Of a DNA stretch of 356 nt, positions 1 to 356 are shown one piece after another; position 1 is the stretch's first letter; each line of letters starts with the position of its first letter. The notes under the pieces are model-generated. The model made no database searches and had not been told where the DNA came from. It saw only the letters and a list, made by a program, of their open reading frames with translations. Position numbers and translations under genes: made by a program. Origin of the DNA: a phage; sequence record BH153104.1. One strand, given 5' to 3'.

Positions 1-57
1 TTAGTGTGTATGTGTGCACCAATTTAATAAAAATGTTCCATTACCAACAAATCAGAA

Positions 58-216
58 TCAGCCGCGACCATAGTCGTATTCATAATATGTTCCTCGTTCA
101 ATCTCATATTGTTTCAGGTCTTCTAAAAGTTCATCCACTGCTTGTTTCAGCACATGACGCAGCGTAAAGTAATAGCTTTCATCAAATTCTATTTCCGCGC
201 AGGAATAGAGCGAAAC
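58..216 (-). CDS. Hypothetical protein, C-terminal segment in the -1 frame relative to the 189..356 segment; ends at TGA 60..58; lacks its own start codon, so most likely the continuation of the upstream segment
   Basis: Reverse-complement translation from 189 down to 61 gives EFDESYYFTLRHVLKQAVDELLEDLKQYEIERGTYYEYDYGRG, then TGA at 60..58, with a second in-frame TGA at 54..52. This frame is open back to 216 (preceding codons VSLYSCAEI), where it is closed by TAA. It contains no ATG, and the only GTG/TTG-type codon is a GTG deep inside with no Shine-Dalgarno-like sequence before it. Coding signature is strong: 17 of 43 codons begin with G, second positions are A-rich, and Glu/Asp/Lys/Tyr dominate. 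Codons such as CTG, GCG, CGT and CGC fit a bacterial (gammaproteobacterial-like) gene. Confidence 0.65.
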   Translation of the reverse strand, partial: VSLYSCAEIEFDESYYFTLRHVLKQAVDELLEDLKQYEIERGTYYEYDYGRG

Positions 217-356
217 TTACACTTAACGGTAGTATCAGTGAGTCGCAAAACGACCATCATCCGAACTTCTTCATTCTCTTTGGAATACCATACATCAACG
301 GAGATCTTATTCTGGCAGCAGACACCGTAGATGATAAAGTGGTATTCGACGAAGTT
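189..356 (-). CDS. Hypothetical protein, upstream segment; 5'-partial (continues beyond position 356); probably the same gene as the 58..216 segment, separated from it by a frame break
   Basis: Reverse-complement translation from 356 down to 192 is open for 55 codons: NFVEYHFIIYGVCCQNKISVDVWYSKENEEVRMMVVLRLTDTTVKCKFRSIPARK, followed by TAG at 191..189. The composition is protein-like, mixing hydrophobic and charged residues. About 16 of 55 codons begin with G, a moderate coding-type enrichment. No start codon or ribosome-binding site can be assessed because the 5' end lies outside the window. Product unknown; no family recognised from memory. Confidence 0.55.
   Translation of the reverse strand, partial: NFVEYHFIIYGVCCQNKISVDVWYSKENEEVRMMVVLRLTDTTVKCKFRSIPARK

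Noticed and set aside
21-50. Promoter-like -35/-10 hexamers and a small ORF (minus strand ATG at 41..39 encoding MEHFY) in the 3' flank
   Set aside because: The hexamer matches are at most 4/6 in very AT-rich DNA where such matches occur by chance. The ORF is 5 codons with no ribosome-binding site. Neither can be supported from sequence alone.
189-191. TAG as a read-through or recoded sense codon (amber suppression or alternative genetic code)
   Set aside because: Continuing in the same frame past the TAG gives only 13 more codons before a TGA (149..147). The protein-like signal clearly moves to the -1 frame instead, so a frame change explains the data better than stop-codon reassignment.
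189-216. Programmed -1 ribosomal frameshift site
   Set aside because: No X XXY YYZ slippery heptamer, no long homopolymer for transcriptional slippage, and no obvious downstream stimulatory structure. A mutational indel or sequencing error is more parsimonious.
189-220. Possible tiny spliceosomal intron: minus-strand GTAAGT (215..220) to AG (189..190), 32 nt, bridging the two frames
   Set aside because: Removing it would join T (221) to AA (188..187) and create an in-frame TAA. Other GT/AG pairs in the overlap give intron lengths incompatible with the observed frame change. Codon usage (CGG/CGA/CGC Arg, CTG, GCG) looks bacterial. The GTAAGT match is most likely coincidental.
142-330. Supplied + strand ORF (62 aa, TTG start, TAG stop at 328..330)
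   Set aside because: It lies entirely antisense to the better-supported minus-strand coding frames. Its codons begin with G in only about 10 of 62 cases and with T in about 19, a non-coding or antisense signature, against 17 of 43 G-initial codons in the minus-strand C-terminal frame. It uses a TTG start with no obvious Shine-Dalgarno sequence, and its translation is S/T/R/F-rich, as expected for the complement of a Glu/Lys/Asp-rich gene. Most likely a shadow ORF.
1-356. CRISPR repeats, tRNA/rRNA genes, insertion-sequence ends or other mobile-element signatures
   Set aside because: I found no direct repeats of CRISPR length or spacing, no tRNA-like cloverleaf segments, and no terminal inverted repeats. 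The window is too short, and too fully occupied by the minus-strand coding frames, to contain them.

Overview
This 356-bp window (about 39% GC by hand count, 140 G+C) is mostly minus-strand coding sequence of unknown function, and I see no evidence of a novel multi-gene system. One reading frame enters from the right edge (356) and runs to a TAG at 191..189. A second, more strongly protein-like frame, offset by -1, runs from within that region to a TGA at 60..58. Read together they look like the 3' ~300 nt of a single gene whose frame is broken somewhere in 189..216; the cause could be a 1-nt indel, a sequencing error or, less likely, a programmed shift. The supplied + strand ORF 142..330 lies antisense to this and is most likely a shadow ORF. 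Positions 1..57 are AT-rich 3' flank (about 30% GC) with no convincing terminator. I could not assign a family or function without a database search.
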